A stretch of DNA of 60,230 nt, the filler included, from Dugesia japonica (taxonomy: Eukaryota), in the NCBI GenBank assembly GCA_001938525.1. It is 5 parts of 5 records of this genome, joined end to end, with 100 filler letters (N's around TTAATTAATTAA, not from the genome) between each part and the next. Parts side by side here need not be neighbours in the genome. Positions count along the whole stretch, not along the records: positions 9,610 to 26,633 come from MQRL01582411.1; positions 26,734 to 36,786 come from MQRL01357635.1; 3 more parts are not named here. One strand, written 5' to 3'. Below the pieces are notes generated by a model. That model did no database searches. It saw nothing but the letters and a program-made list of their open reading frames with translations, and was not told the DNA's origin. This document shows positions 23,901-36,725 of the stretch, piece by piece. The stretch's first letter is position 1. The number at the start of each line of letters is the position of its first letter. The position numbers and the translations under genes were made by a program.

Positions 23901-25260
23901 CAGCGGTTCCCAACCTGTGGGTGGCGACCCCAACATGGATCGCCTGAAAATTTTCAAGGGGTCACCTGAACCTTCTACTGTNATTAGGCTACGCTAGCAA
24001 GTGGTTTGTTATTGTAACTGAAAACATGGTGCCTATAAAATTGACTGTTTTTTTAGAAATAAAATACATAATAGTTATCTGCAAAAATGTGGTGAAGGAG
24101 AAGCAACCCAATTAATTTGATCGTAGTGTTGGGGAAAATCAACCTTAAATACACACGCATACATACACTTGTATACAAAAATAATGTAAAAAACATACAA
24201 ACACAACATACAAAAATACACAAGCCTAGGCACATACAAATCAATATTCAATCAACATTCAATTCGCAATTCAAAATAAATATTCAGATCAATCAATATT
24301 TAATCAATCTGCAGTTCAAGAAGCTATTACTGCATTATGAACTATTGTGATCACCTTGACAATTATTATTAAACATTATTACCATGAATTTTATAGATGA
24401 ATTTTATTTTCTGTAAATTGGTGTTATTATTATTTATTTATTTACATTTTTATTTTCAATGAAATTTCTTGTAAATTATTATTTTATTTTCTGTGTTATT
24501 ACTATTATTAAAAGTTTTATAAATTAGTATTATTTTTATTACTTTATTGTCATTAAAATTTTCATTCCCAATAATTAATTTTATCTTGTAATTTCCCAAC
24601 AATTTTCATGTTAATGCCGACAATTATTAAAATTTTTATGTGTAAATATTAAATTTTTATGTTTAAATATTAAAATATTTAGAATTTAATTATTTCCGTT
24701 ATTATTCCAAAATTTAGTATAAATATGAATTTTTGTAAGATCAAAAATGTCCTTCTTACAGAAGTTACAGAAGTGCTGAGAAAGATTTATAAGTCTTTAT
24801 AGTATAACTTTCTAAATTAAACATAATTACGTTATTCCGCACGCTATTTATAACAATCGTTTACGTAGTGTGTGCCGCTTCTTTGTTTAATAATCATATT
24901 GTGATAGGTGTGCCAAATACACCAATAGAAATAGATGAGTCTCTCTGTACGACTAAAAATTAACTTTTCACGTACTTCTAATCAAGAGAGAGTGTGTGAG
25001 TGTGTGAGAGATAGAGAGAAATATACTTTAAAAAAAGTAAATCTTGTTTAATTTTAATAAGGATCACTATATACTATATACTATATGTACTCGATATCAT
25101 TAATTTTATATTAAACATATTAAGGTATATAGAATCAAATATAGACAATAATATATTGGGATTATATTAGCTAAATGATTGTTAAACTCACGCATTATTG
25201 ATTTATCTTGGTCAAATCCCCCAAGGTATCTCAACAGTAGGGGTCGCATTTACAATGAAT
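23901..25260. mobile_element. hAT-like non-autonomous element in the CDK intron, interrupted by a solo LTR
   Basis: Starts CAGCGGTTCCCAACCTGTGGGTGGCGACCCC; the GGGGTCGC motif resumes after the LTR. Confidence 0.6.
24127..25236 (+). mobile_element. Solo LTR (1110 bp) with GTAG TSD
   Basis: TGTTGGGG...CTCAACA with GTAG on both flanks; same family as 20182-21632. Confidence 0.8.
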
Positions 25261-25724
25261 ATTAAATTATGTATCAGACTAAACCAGACTTATTCACTTA
25301 TCGATCTGCTATCAGAAAATATTCAACATTATTAGTTGTACTTAATAAAGGTTTTGAATATTTTCAATGAAGTCCATTCATATAATTATAAAGTGTAATA
25401 ATTTACACATATTATACAAACAGCGTATAAAGTGTAAATATATAGAGAGTATACATACAGTATACTCTCTCCTTATAGCAAGCAAAAGGAATTGTTTCTT
25501 ATTTTGAGGGTGTACTTACAATAAAATATATAAAACTAAATTAACATTAACTTTTATAATTAATAAAATATCGATCGAAAGTAGTTTGGATGGATGTCTT
25601 CCAATTATATCATCAAAATTTTTTGACAGTTGAAGAAGATTTCTTTTAATGTTTTATTTTCATATTTATGTCTTTCTGTTTTTTCAAACGATATTTTTAC
25701 CGTTAAATTTTCATATTATAAATA

Positions 25725-25975
25725 TTTTTCCATTTTTATTGTATTTTTATGCATTATTGAACTGTTCCTTTCGAGAGTTAAAAGAGACAGCTGTTTAAAT
25801 TGAGAATGAATGTTAATTATTTGACTATAAAAAATTTATCAACATGAAAATTATTATTTTTCCATTTTTATTATTTATTTTTATGCATTATTGAACTGTT
25901 CCTTTCGAGATGTTAATTTTATGAATGTTAATTATTTGACTATTAAAAATTTATCAACACGAAAATTATTATTTT
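25725..25975. repeat. Tandem duplication of about 130 bp
   Basis: TTTTTCCATTTTTATT..ATGCATTATTGAACTGTTCCTTTCGAGA..GAATGTTAATTATTTGACTAT..AAATTTATCAACA occurs twice. Confidence 0.85.
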
Positions 25976-26560
25976 AAATAATAACTTTTTCGTGGTTAAA
26001 TATGCAATTAAAATTTCAAGTACACAAAAAATATTAATTCAAATTTTGACATCATATAAATTAAAAAACATTTAGCAAGTTAACACATTCAAAAAAATGA
26101 GACCTGTCATGAAAGATATAATTCGTTCAGTACAATGGTTGTACAGTGAACAATCCGAAAATACTTTCCAAAACCAGAATTTCATCAAAAGAAAATTACG
26201 CTCATTATATTTCGTGGTATATAAAACCATTACAAAAGATAACCATTGACAAAAAATCAATAAGAAGCGCCAAACAATGGGTAAAACTTCTTAATTGCAT
26301 AAAACAAATTTTTTTTGACATGTTGGAAATTTATTTGAATAATTACCGAATTGCAAATTTAGTTCGCTCTTATTATGAATTTAAAAGAAACCACGAATGT
26401 TCTAGTTTATTTGCAAAAGATAGGCAAAGAGCCAGGAGATGAAGGAAACACTATTATATAAATAATTTTTTTTTAAAAAACCAATTTTACCTCTAATAAA
26501 TAGTTTTTTTAAATAGTATTTTATATACTTTTTTAAAAAAGATTTTTTTGCAAAAAAAAT

Positions 26561-26633
26561 TGTCAAATAAATTTTATGTCAAATAAATTTTATGTCAAAT
26601 AAATTTTATGTCAAATAAATTTTATGTCAAATA
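26561..26633. repeat. 16-bp tandem repeat (TGTCAAATAAATTTTA)n
   Basis: About 4.5 perfect copies running into a gap. Confidence 0.95.
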
Positions 26634-26733
26634 NNNNNNNNNNNNNNNNNNNNNNNNNNNNNNNNNNNNNNNNNNNNTTAATTAATTAANNNNNNNNNNN
26701 NNNNNNNNNNNNNNNNNNNNNNNNNNNNNNNNN

Positions 26734-27090
26734 CTACTGACCTTAAAAATTTCAACCAGTCAGAATAGAGGATTATGAATCACTTTGACCTTGAAAAAAT
26801 TTCCCACTAATCAGAATCAAGTATACTATGTACCAGTGACCTTGAACCTATATGACCTTGAAAATTTCGATTAATCAAAATAGAGTGTAATGAGCAACTT
26901 TAACATTAAAATGGCCAGCCAATCAGAATTGAGTATACTATGTACCAATGACCTTGAAAATTTCATCCAATCAAAATCGAGTATTTTATACTACTGACCA
27001 ATCAGAATTGAATATACTGTACCAGTGACCTTGAAAAAATTTGACCTTGAGGGGGGGAGTGGTGGTACAGTGCGCTTCTATCTACCTACT
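26734..27090 (-). mobile_element. Polinton-type TIR with subterminal TGACCTTGA / CCAATCAGAAT repeats
   Basis: Minus strand begins AGTAGGTAGATAG, then a C-run and many irregular TGACCTTGAA and CCAATCA(G/A)AAT repeats. Confidence 0.8.
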
Positions 27091-27814
27091 TAATTGAGAC
27101 CTTTTTATTAAATAAAAATTAAGAATAATCAGAATGTACTTTTTCCTCTAAGAATTTATGTATTTTTATTTCATCTTCCTAACAAATTATGCGTTTATCA
27201 TTTATTTTATTTACAATTAGATTTAATATACCTATACTAAATGGATCCATATTTTTTAAATTTAAATTCTTAATATAATTGATTAATATTTCAATTTCTT
27301 TATCTAACATATCTCGAGGTTTTAAAAAACAAGTTTCTAAAGTTATCTACCTCCATTGGTATTCTAGTGGATTTCCTAAATTATTTCTTTTATCTATTGA
27401 GTCCCTTTGGGCTTTTTTTTAATTCTTGTTTTTTTCTTTTTTTTAATTCTTGTATTTTTCTTTTTATTTGAGTCCTTCGGATTTGTTTATCAGTTTTAAT
27501 TAATAACTCACTTTTATGGTTTCTTTTAATTCTTCTATTAATTCTTCCTTTAGTTCTTGTTTAAATTCATTTTTTAATTCTTGTTTATCAGTCTTACTTA
27601 ATTTTTCTTTTAATTCTTCTTTAACAATTTTAATAAGTTCTTTTTCTAAAGAACCTTTTAAAATAAATTTAAACATTATTAATTTATTAAAATTCATTTA
27701 ATATAAAAGCTTTGATCAAAAATTTTGGTTTTTTTATTAATATTTGATAACAATTCAATATTTCAACCTTGTCTTCGTCAGGAATTGACTTTTTTAATTT
27801 ATTCAAGATTTTTT

Positions 27815-28450
27815 TGAAGTTCATTACTATAAAATCTACCTAGAATTTTTTATTGTCTAAATCAGTAATTTCATAAGTAAAAGGTTTTGTATTATAAACT
27901 CGAGTAACGCAAAATATTTGTCCATTGGGCTGTAAAAACCTTTTTCAAATTTATATTCATAACTAAAGATTCTAACTCTATCTCCAATTTTAAAATTTTT
28001 ATTTTCTTTAATAAAATGGGCCCCTCCGGGATCATTTTTGTGGTGATGATCTTCAATTATTTCTTTTATTTTATCTGGATTTTCACTAGCTTCATTTATA
28101 GTTGTTTTAATATAACTATAAATTATGTTACTGTAATCATTTACAATTTTTTTGTAATAAATTATTATCCCATTTTTGGTAGCCAATTGAAATAAAGTGT
28201 TTCCACATTTTATTTTTTAGAGTTCCTATAAATCTTTCAGCAAAAACGGATTTACCTTCGTTTTCTGTATGTTATAAATTAATATTATTTTCTTTAAGGA
28301 ATTTATCAAAATATTTTGATCTAATAGCGGATTCTTTATCAAATCAGATATAATCAGGAATTCTTTTATTTTCTTCAAATATATTTTTATAAGCTTCTTT
28401 AAATGATTCTTGATTTTTATTTTTCATTGGATTTGGATATATTTTTCTTT
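27815..28450 (-). pseudogene. Polinton-type rve integrase (C-terminal part), degenerate
   Basis: PMKNKN..PDYI*FDKES..FLKENNI..HTENEGKSVFAERFIGTLK..IVNDY..FKIGDRVRI..FEKGF..TYEITDL..ELQK. Confidence 0.85.
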
Positions 28451-28454
28451 CCAC

Positions 28455-29175
28455 ACATACCACCCTCCCCCACCCGAAATTTTTTTAACACTTATACTAC
28501 TCTCATATATTAAAAAATCAAATTCAAACACAACCAATCCGAAATTAAGTCACAATTGACATACAAAATATTCACCATCACATTACCTCTTCAAAAACAC
28601 TTAAAACAACAAATTCCATTAACCCCATACAAACCTACAACCTCCCAAAAAACAGCCCACGACAACTCATACGACTGTGACTGTGTGCTACCACATTTCT
28701 AGGACAAACCATCAATCCAATCTCATAAGTCCTTTAGACAATATTTAGACCGAAAATTTGTTCAACAACAAACAAATCTTAAAAACCCCGAAAAAATTAT
28801 TTCCAAGATCTCCAGCTCCTCTTTTTTGTTTGTTTTCTTCTTACACACACACAAAATCAACTTGACCTACTTTTTAAAAACAACCTTAACAACCCAAACC
28901 CACAAAAATTAAAATTAAAAAATACACACACTACCAGGATAAAAAACTGATCCGATCAAAAAAAATTGATCCGATCACAGATTTTTTGATCCCAAAAATC
29001 TTAGAAAAAAACCCCATCACCAAAACTATCACAAAAAATTGGTCACAATAGTTAGGAGTTGTTGACCCCACCCCCTGCCGGTTAGGGGGAGGGTGCGCAA
29101 TAACTGCTTTAAAAAAATTGTGACCGATTTTTGTCCCCATTTTAACTTGTGACCATGTGCTACTATCTACCTACT
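28455..29175 (-). mobile_element. Polinton-type TIR/terminal region
   Basis: Ends GTGCTACTATCTACCTACT (the same AGTAGGTAGATAG terminus as 27090), with nearby G/C-runs; integrase lies downstream on the same strand. Confidence 0.7.
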
Positions 29176-29259
29176 CATGTGCATTTCATCATGAAAATAC
29201 ACAGTTTATCTCAGAATGTACATGTTTTTCACAGATTATATTTAAGAATATATACAAGT

Positions 29260-31200
29260 CAGCATAGAAATTAAGAGTTTTACTATTGAAAATAAGATTT
29301 TAGCATAGAAAATATTGGTTTTAAAGTGAAGATTTATAGTTTAATGATGACAAATATAGATTTTATTATAATAAGCATTAAATTTCAATAGCATATATAC
29401 TTATTTTATACAATTCTAGAAAAATCTAAATTTTTACTAGAGTAATATATTAATTTCATACAAGGATAACCAGATTTTTGATACATATAAACATTATTCA
29501 TTTGATTTATTCAATAATTACATGATATAGAACCATAACACTCATTATAATAGATACATTCAATAAACAATTTGTTGAAAAATTGTGACCCCGTCAATAG
29601 GATTTCATTCATGAAAACTCAACCTCAACTTACTAATTCTACTTTTTCTCACAAATAGTGTTAATCATCTATTAATCATTCGCATAATCTACTATAATAC
29701 TTATATAATACACTTATATAACCATTAGGATCATGTGGATATATTAGATTTAATAAAAACCTTTCACTAATAATTAAATCTAAAGTCTGTAAGGGGCATA
29801 CTTTGATTAAAAAATTTAAGTTATTCATCGTAACCTAGTTAAAATATTTAACACAAGACAAAAATAATAATACATCGTGTAAAATTCTTTATTCATATAT
29901 TAAAATTGAAACCTATCACACAAAATTTAACCTATCAAACAAAAAATTATAAACCAATATACAAAACCTAACTAAACACATAAAAATTTAAAGCTGCATA
30001 CAAAAGAATATGATCCAATACATAGAAATTATAATACATTACATTAAAATTGAAAACCAATGTACAAAAAAGTAACATATCACAAAATCCAAAGCCAACA
30101 TATAATACCCAAAATGAAAAATAATAAACTCATGACTTGTAATTGGAAATCAATTCATTAAAATTCTTAACCGATACACTAAATTTCTTAACCAATCATA
30201 TGAATATTTATCTCATCATATGTAAATTATAATCCATCCCACTAAAGTCTTAACCATGACACAAAAATTAAAACATGTAAAACTAACTGAATCACTCGAA
30301 ATTGAATCAACACTTAAAAGTAAATAATATACTGATAAAGTAATACATTTCACTATAACCACTAAACATTTGACACTTAAATCTATAACATAACTAAATT
30401 TCTTACTCTTGACAATAAAAATCTACTGATTGAAACAAAGAATTTGACGAATATAAATTAAATCAAGCTTATATAAAAGTAATTAATTTTAATCTTTATT
30501 AATTTAATGAATATATCAATCTAACTAAACTAGTAAATAATCCATAAAAATAGATTTTTAATCCATCTTATGTATTTTATTCATAAATCAATCATCTCTT
30601 TAATTTGTTACAATCTATTGAATGTAATTTAATCCATCATTTATGTATCTAAATATTCTCATAATTTACTCTAGCTTTTACAAATCAATTGAATAAAAAT
30701 TTAACTGAATATATAACATGTGCAAATCTTAACTTAAAATAAAGCTTAAAACAGAATTAATTAAAAATTAATTAATTTAATCCATCACATGCAAATTAAA
30801 ATCAATCATTCTAAGATTTTAAACCAAAACACCAAAGGTCTACGTCAACACACTAAAATTATAATTAAACATACAAAATTGTAACACATTAAATTAAAAT
30901 TATAATTTTTCATACGGAAAATAATCAAAATCAATACATAAAAAGTAATTGAGTTATCTAAATTTAATACTATAATTTAAACATTATCAATGTAAAAATC
31001 TAAACCACTAGATACACACTTTTAGACAACACAATAAAAATTGGAATCAAAAACATAAAATTTATAATTCATCAAACAAATATCTAAACCAATATATTAA
31101 AATTTGAAACCAATGCACTACAAGTTCTAGGATAGCACTATTAAAATTGAAACACACTACTACAAAAATTATAAACAATCATACAAAAATCTTAACTATT
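29260..31200. repeat. Degenerate ~21-23-bp minisatellite region
   Basis: Recurrent AGAAAATATTGGTTT-like units (29260-29460) and AAAATT..AAACCAAT-like units (29900-31200). Similar units at 40800-40990 and 41490-41650. Confidence 0.5.
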
Positions 31201-31576
31201 ATATAAGTAGATATGAAAGTACGAGTGGCCTTCATGAGGGTACCCTTACCTTTTTTTCGGGATTATATTTTAAAATGTCAAATGTCGCATCCAATGTAAA
31301 ATGTCAAATGTCAAATGTCACATCCAATGTAAAATGTTAAATGTTACAATGACACTTAATGTTACATTTTCAGTCAATTTTTTACTCCTTAAAAAAAGTC
31401 CATTTTGGGCTCAAAATTTGAACCCGAAAATGTTTTAACCTTAAAATTCTCACAGTTAAATGAGGCTTAAAGTTTTGATATTTAAAATGAAGCAATTGAA
31501 TTTATAAATAAAAAATTATTTTAAAAAATGATTACCTCCTTTTTTAGTAGGTAGGATTAAATTATTTATTTATGAA

Positions 31577-34500
31577 ATGAGTGGGATAATATGGAAATGT
31601 ATTAATTTTAATAAAACATTTAAAAACAAAGCGGGTTTATCAGGTCATGTAAAATCTCAATTTTGTATTACACCAGCAGTAAAAATTAAATGTCCAAAAG
31701 TTGAGTGTAATAAATGGTTTAAAACAGAAAATGCTGTAAGGGGACATTTAAATTTTACAGATTGTGGAAATCAAAATAATGTACATTTAACTTGTGAAAT
31801 TTGTAATAAAACATTTAAAAGACAAAATCATGCAAAAGCACATTACAATTCTAAAACTCATAAAGAAACATTAGCCTAAACATTATTTGATGAATTACCG
31901 CAAGAAGAAGCAATTGAGTATGAAGCTGAAATTCATGATATTTTAAGAATGTATAAAAATTATGAAATAACATATTTTAAGGAAAGCAAAGTGGAAATGT
32001 TAAAAAAAGTTGAAGAAATAATTGAAGCAGAAATTCAAGATATTAATGTATTTAAAAATGAAGTTGAAGAAATTATTAAGAAATATTTTAAATATGGAAA
32101 AAAAATTATTGTTAGTATGTCAAAAAAATGCAAATATATAAAAACAACAAATAATCAATTTGATGAAAAAGAATTTGAATCGTATTCAAATAATAAAAAA
32201 TTTATAATTGAAACGGAAATATCAAATGGTGTAAATGAAATTTTTACTCAATTAGAAAATTATATTGAAGATGCAGATAGAGAAGGATCTGGATGGACAT
32301 TAGAAAATATTGTAGAATATAAACTTGAATTAAGTAAATACCAATCATTAGTTGGAGCCACATATTGTAAATTACCATTCTCAAAACCAGGAGTAATTAA
32401 TATAAAATATGAAGATGAGAAATGTTTTCTTTATTGTGTTTTAGCTCATAGAAATCTAGTTGAAAATCCAACACGTGTAAATAATTACATTCCTTATTTA
32501 GATGAATTAAGTTATTATGGATTAGATTACCCACTAAATATTTGTGATGTAAAAAATTTTGAGAAAATGAATAATTGGAAGTAAATGTTTTTGGAGTAAA
32601 TTCTACAAAAAAACTTGAACCATTACACATTTCACATCACAAATCAAAACCATCACCAGAAGAAAATAAATGTAACTTATTAATTTATAAAAATCATTAT
32701 AGTTTATCTAGAGATTTAAATTTATTTTTTACATCAAATAATAATAAAAATCATTTATGTGTTAGATGGATGTATTGCTATCATAGTGAAGCTTTATTAA
32801 ATAAACATCAAGAACTTTGTATTAAACACAAACCAAATAATATTCGTTTCCCAAAAGAAGAATATTATAAATTTAGAAAACATTATCAAAAAAATAAAAT
32901 TCCATTTTTCATTTGTGGAGATTTTGAAGCATGGACAGACACCAACACTAATAAACAAAAATCTGCAGCATTAGGTATTTATCTTAAATCTGATTATCCA
33001 CATTTAATGGAAAGTAATTATTATGAATATTCATGTGAAAATGTTCACAAGAATTTGTTTGAGTTTTTAGAGAATATTGAAAATAAAATAATAGATATTA
33101 AGAAAACTAAATTAAAAAAATATTACACAGGAACAAATCATCATCAATTCAATCTAGATATGAAATGTAGATATTGTGATGAAAAAAATAAAAATCCAGT
33201 TATTAACCATAATCATTTCAATGGCTAATTCCGTGGATGGTCATGTAGACAATGTAATTTAAATGATAAATCTTGTGGAGAAAATTTATTTATACCATTT
33301 TATTTTCACAATTTATCAGGATACGACGCTCACTTATTTTTTCGAGAATTATTAATAAAATTTCCAGGAAAAGTAGAAAAAATAATTCCCCATAGTAGTG
33401 AGAATTACATCTCATTTCATTTTGGAAATTTAGATTCCTAGATTCCAATCGATTAATTCCATTTACACCAGTAGAAAAAATGGGGTAATTATTAAGACAA
33501 TCAAATAACTACCCAATATTAAGATCATTTAATTTACATCCTAAAAAAGCTATATTTCCATATGAATATTTAAAAGGGAGAAATATTAATGAAGTGGAAG
33601 AATTACTAAAAAGTAGTAAAATTCCACTCAGAAGATATTTTTTTAATAAATTAAAACAAAAAAGATTAACAGTTGAGGATTATAAATTATTTTTAAAAGA
33701 TTATTTTAAACTCAAAAATATGTAGGAATATATGCATCACTACATGAAATTAGATGTTTTAATTCTCGCAGATTATATACAATATTTTAGAAATAAATGT
33801 ATGAGTGGAATTTTTAAAATAGATCCTTGTTACTCATATTCAAAGCCAGGATATTCTTGGGAAACAGGAACTTATTATTCCCAAGTAAAATTAAAATATG
33901 CAAAACCTGAAACCTATGATATTTTCCTAACAACTGAAGAAGGAGTTAGAGGAAGAGTAGCAACAGAATTAAGTGAGAGACAAGTATTTAGTTTTAATAA
34001 ATCACGAGATCCAAATAGAAGATTAAATAAAGCACAAAAAGAAGACTTGTTAAAAATAATTAATACAGGCGACATTAATCTTCTTGAAGAATATCTTGAA
34101 GATTTAACACAAGACAGATTTATAAAATATATAGATGAAAACAGTTTATACGCAAGTTGTATGACAAAACCACTTCCAACAGGTGAGATGTATCCAGATG
34201 AAAACCTAATATATGAAAAAGCAACAGATGAAATGAATTACATTTATGTTGTAGATTTAGAGTATCCACCTAAAATACATGAGAAAACAAAATATTTTCC
34301 CCTAGCGCCAGAAAGAATAAATATCACACAAGACATGTTAGCCAACTATCAAAAAAGTTTCAATCGGAAATTATCTAAAGAAAATATTAAACTTACATTA
34401 AACCAATTTGATAAGAAAAATTATGTTACACTTGGATCAACATTAGATTTGTATCTCCAACTAGAAATAAAAATAACAAAAATGCACAAGAAATATAAAA

Positions 34501-35387
34501 TAGAAACCAGTACATGGTTTAGAGATTATGTACATAAATTTATAGATTTAAGAAGACAAGCCAAAACAAATAATGATGCTTCTGGGGATTATATTTATAA
34601 ATTAATGTTAAATGCTTTCTATGGAAAAACTTTAGAAAACATTAGGAATCGTTGTGATGTGGAAATAGTTGAAAATGATAGAGATTATCAAAAATTCACA
34701 TCAAAATTAAATGTTAAATCTAGTAAAATTTTTACATGAAATGATGAGAATGAAGCACAACTAGATGCGATGCACATGTTAAAAGGGAATTTATATTATA
34801 ACAAATTTCCTTATATAGGATTTGTAATTTTAGAACACGCAAAACTTGTATTATATGATTTTGTATACAATCAATTAGACCCATTAGTTGGTCAGGGAAA
34901 TTATAAATTATTGTATACAGACACAGATTCTATGTTTTTAGAAGTAAAAACTAGAGAAAATTTAATAAAATTACATACTTTATTAGGTAACCAATTATTT
35001 AAAATGAAGGATGAATTACCTAATGTTGAAATAATTCAAGGAGATTTTATAAGACCTAAAAATTATGGGTATAATTATATTGAAAATGATGAATGTAAAT
35101 TTGCTTCAAAAAATAAAGGTGTTCAAAGTTCTAATAAATATTCTATGAATGATTTTGACTTGGTTTTAAAATATTCAAACAAAACATTTTAAGCAACAAA
35201 TTATTCATTAAAATCTAATTTCCATGAAATAGAATTAACTAAACAGAAGAAGATTGGGTTAAATGCTTATAGTGATAAATTAATACTAGAAGATAATGGA
35301 ACACGTAGATGGCCACATGGAAATAAATATCAATGTGAAAAATGTGGACATTGGCATATAATATTAGATTTAATAAATAAAAATTAA
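31577..35387 (+). pseudogene. Full-length C2H2-ZnF / protein-primed family B DNA polymerase with EndoVII insert; several stops and a frameshift
   Basis: Three N-terminal zinc fingers; EGSGW; DEKCF..NHY; CGDFE; CRYC..HNHFNG*FRGWSCRQCN; HNLSGYD; RFLDS; YMKLD; YIDENSLYA; KLMLNAFYGK; YTDTDS; PKNY. Stops at about 31877, 33226, 33486, 33723, 34737 and 35190. Confidence 0.95.
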
Positions 35388-35389
35388 AC

Positions 35390-35906
35390 ATGTTGTCAAT
35401 AATTTTTATTAAGAAAGTGTCAAATCCAACAAGTGGAATAAATCCAACGGAAGAAGAATTAGAGAAAATAATAAATTCAAAGAAATGTAAATCAGTAAAG
35501 ATTGATGGTAAAATATATTATCAGTAAAAAAGTAAAAGATGAACTTAAGAAACAAAAACATGAAGGCGGATTTGCATTTTTAGCTGTAATACAAGCAATT
35601 ATTGGTGCTTTAGCAGGAACAGCTGGAATTGCAAGTACCGTAACAAATTCAAGACAAGCGATAAAAGCACAAAAAGAAATAGAACAATTAAGTAGTGGAT
35701 CTGGTATTTATTTAACACCTTATCAAGGTTCAGCTATACATAAATATTTAAAAAATATAATTGGAGATCCAAATTTTAAAGATTTAACAAAAAAGTTTAA
35801 AGATGATATACAACTAATTCAACAAGGTGATGGTTTATATTTACAACCTTATAAAGTAGAAGGAACTGGATTATATATAAATCCATACATAAAAAATAAT
35901 CTATAA
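35390..35906 (+). CDS. Adenovirus pX-like virion core protein (frameshift near 5' end)
   Basis: KHEGGFAFLAVIQAIIGALAGTAGIAS resembles adenoviral pX (RGGILPLLIPLIAAAIGAVPGIAS). Three GxG(I/L)Y(L/I)xPY repeats follow. Confidence 0.7.
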
Positions 35907-35956
35907 TAATCCTTAATAAAAAGAATACAAAACAAGTTGAAAATAGAATTAAAAAA

Positions 35957-36511
35957 TTGAAAGCATTAATTAAAGGTCAAGAAAAATATAATGATTTTTT
36001 CTGTGAAAATTTTATTGATTCAAGAAACTTACAAAGTGAATTATCTATTTTACAAAAACCAACAATTACCGCAATAGAAAAAATTTCAACAAAACCAAAA
36101 TTATTTGAAACAAGAGATATAACAAAATTCTTTTTAAATGAAAAAATAATTCCATTTATTCCCGAATATTCAATTGAAAACATTGATGCTAATGGAAAGT
36201 TAACTCAAACAATTATTCCTAAATTCTCTAGATTAAATGTTGTTTGTATTGATAGTGAAAAAGGTTTTATGGAAATAACTTTAAAAGAAAATAAAATTTA
36301 TTTATTTGTAGAAGAAGGAAATAAAAATTTCTTATTTAAATCTGAAGTTATACCATACACCGATGGAATATTTAGATTAATTTTAGGAAATATAGATGGA
36401 ACAGAAACACCTGAAGATGTTGAGATTTATTTAAATAAATTTATTACTCCTGCACCAACTAATAGTGATTATTGTTCTAATTTAAAAAAGAAATTAAAAA
36501 GTAAGTGTTAA
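35957..36511 (+). CDS. Hypothetical Polinton protein
   Basis: 184-aa intronless ORF packed between element genes. Confidence 0.55.
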   Translation: MKALIKGQEKYNDFFCENFIDSRNLQSELSILQKPTITAIEKISTKPKLFETRDITKFFLNEKIIPFIPEYSIENIDANGKLTQTIIPKFSRLNVVCIDSEKGFMEITLKENKIYLFVEEGNKNFLFKSEVIPYTDGIFRLILGNIDGTETPEDVEIYLNKFITPAPTNSDYCSNLKKKLKSKC

Positions 36512-36512
36512 T

Positions 36513-36725
36513 GTGAAACCTAAAAGAAAAATAATACGTAGAGCACAACCACAAGAAGAATCTAAATCAGAATATTATGCTTCAACAACAGAAGGTAGTG
36601 AAACTTCAAAAACAGATAAGGAAAGTAGTGAACAAGGCTTTGAATTGAACCCAATAAGTTTATTTGAAAAGTTAACATTATTAATTTCAGCAGTAAAATC
36701 TGAACATAATAATTTTTTCTATTAA
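36513..36725 (+). CDS. Hypothetical Polinton protein (truncated)
   Basis: KLTLLISAVKSEHNN resembles the L.LL..S..AGNN motif of small Polinton ORFs; weak match. Confidence 0.4.
   Translation: MKPKRKIIRRAQPQEESKSEYYASTTEGSETSKTDKESSEQGFELNPISLFEKLTLLISAVKSEHNNFFY

Noticed and set aside
26072-26442. Possible missing CDK N-lobe or a host gene
   Set aside because: No GxGxxG, VAxK or PSTAIRE-like motif on the minus strand; the plus-strand ORF is unrecognisable.
26734-27050. CRISPR-like repeat-spacer array
   Set aside because: Units are irregular and the intervening sequences resemble each other. Context is eukaryotic with no cas genes, and the array abuts a Polinton terminus.
27500-27701. ELK-repeat ORF and its antisense ORF
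   Set aside because: Low-complexity sequence with no assignable family; the antisense ORF is a shadow.
31877-35192. In-frame stops in pPolB as an alternative genetic code or readthrough
   Set aside because: Compared with copy B they replace different residues (E, K, W), use TAA, TAG and TGA, and co-occur with a frameshift. This is ordinary decay.
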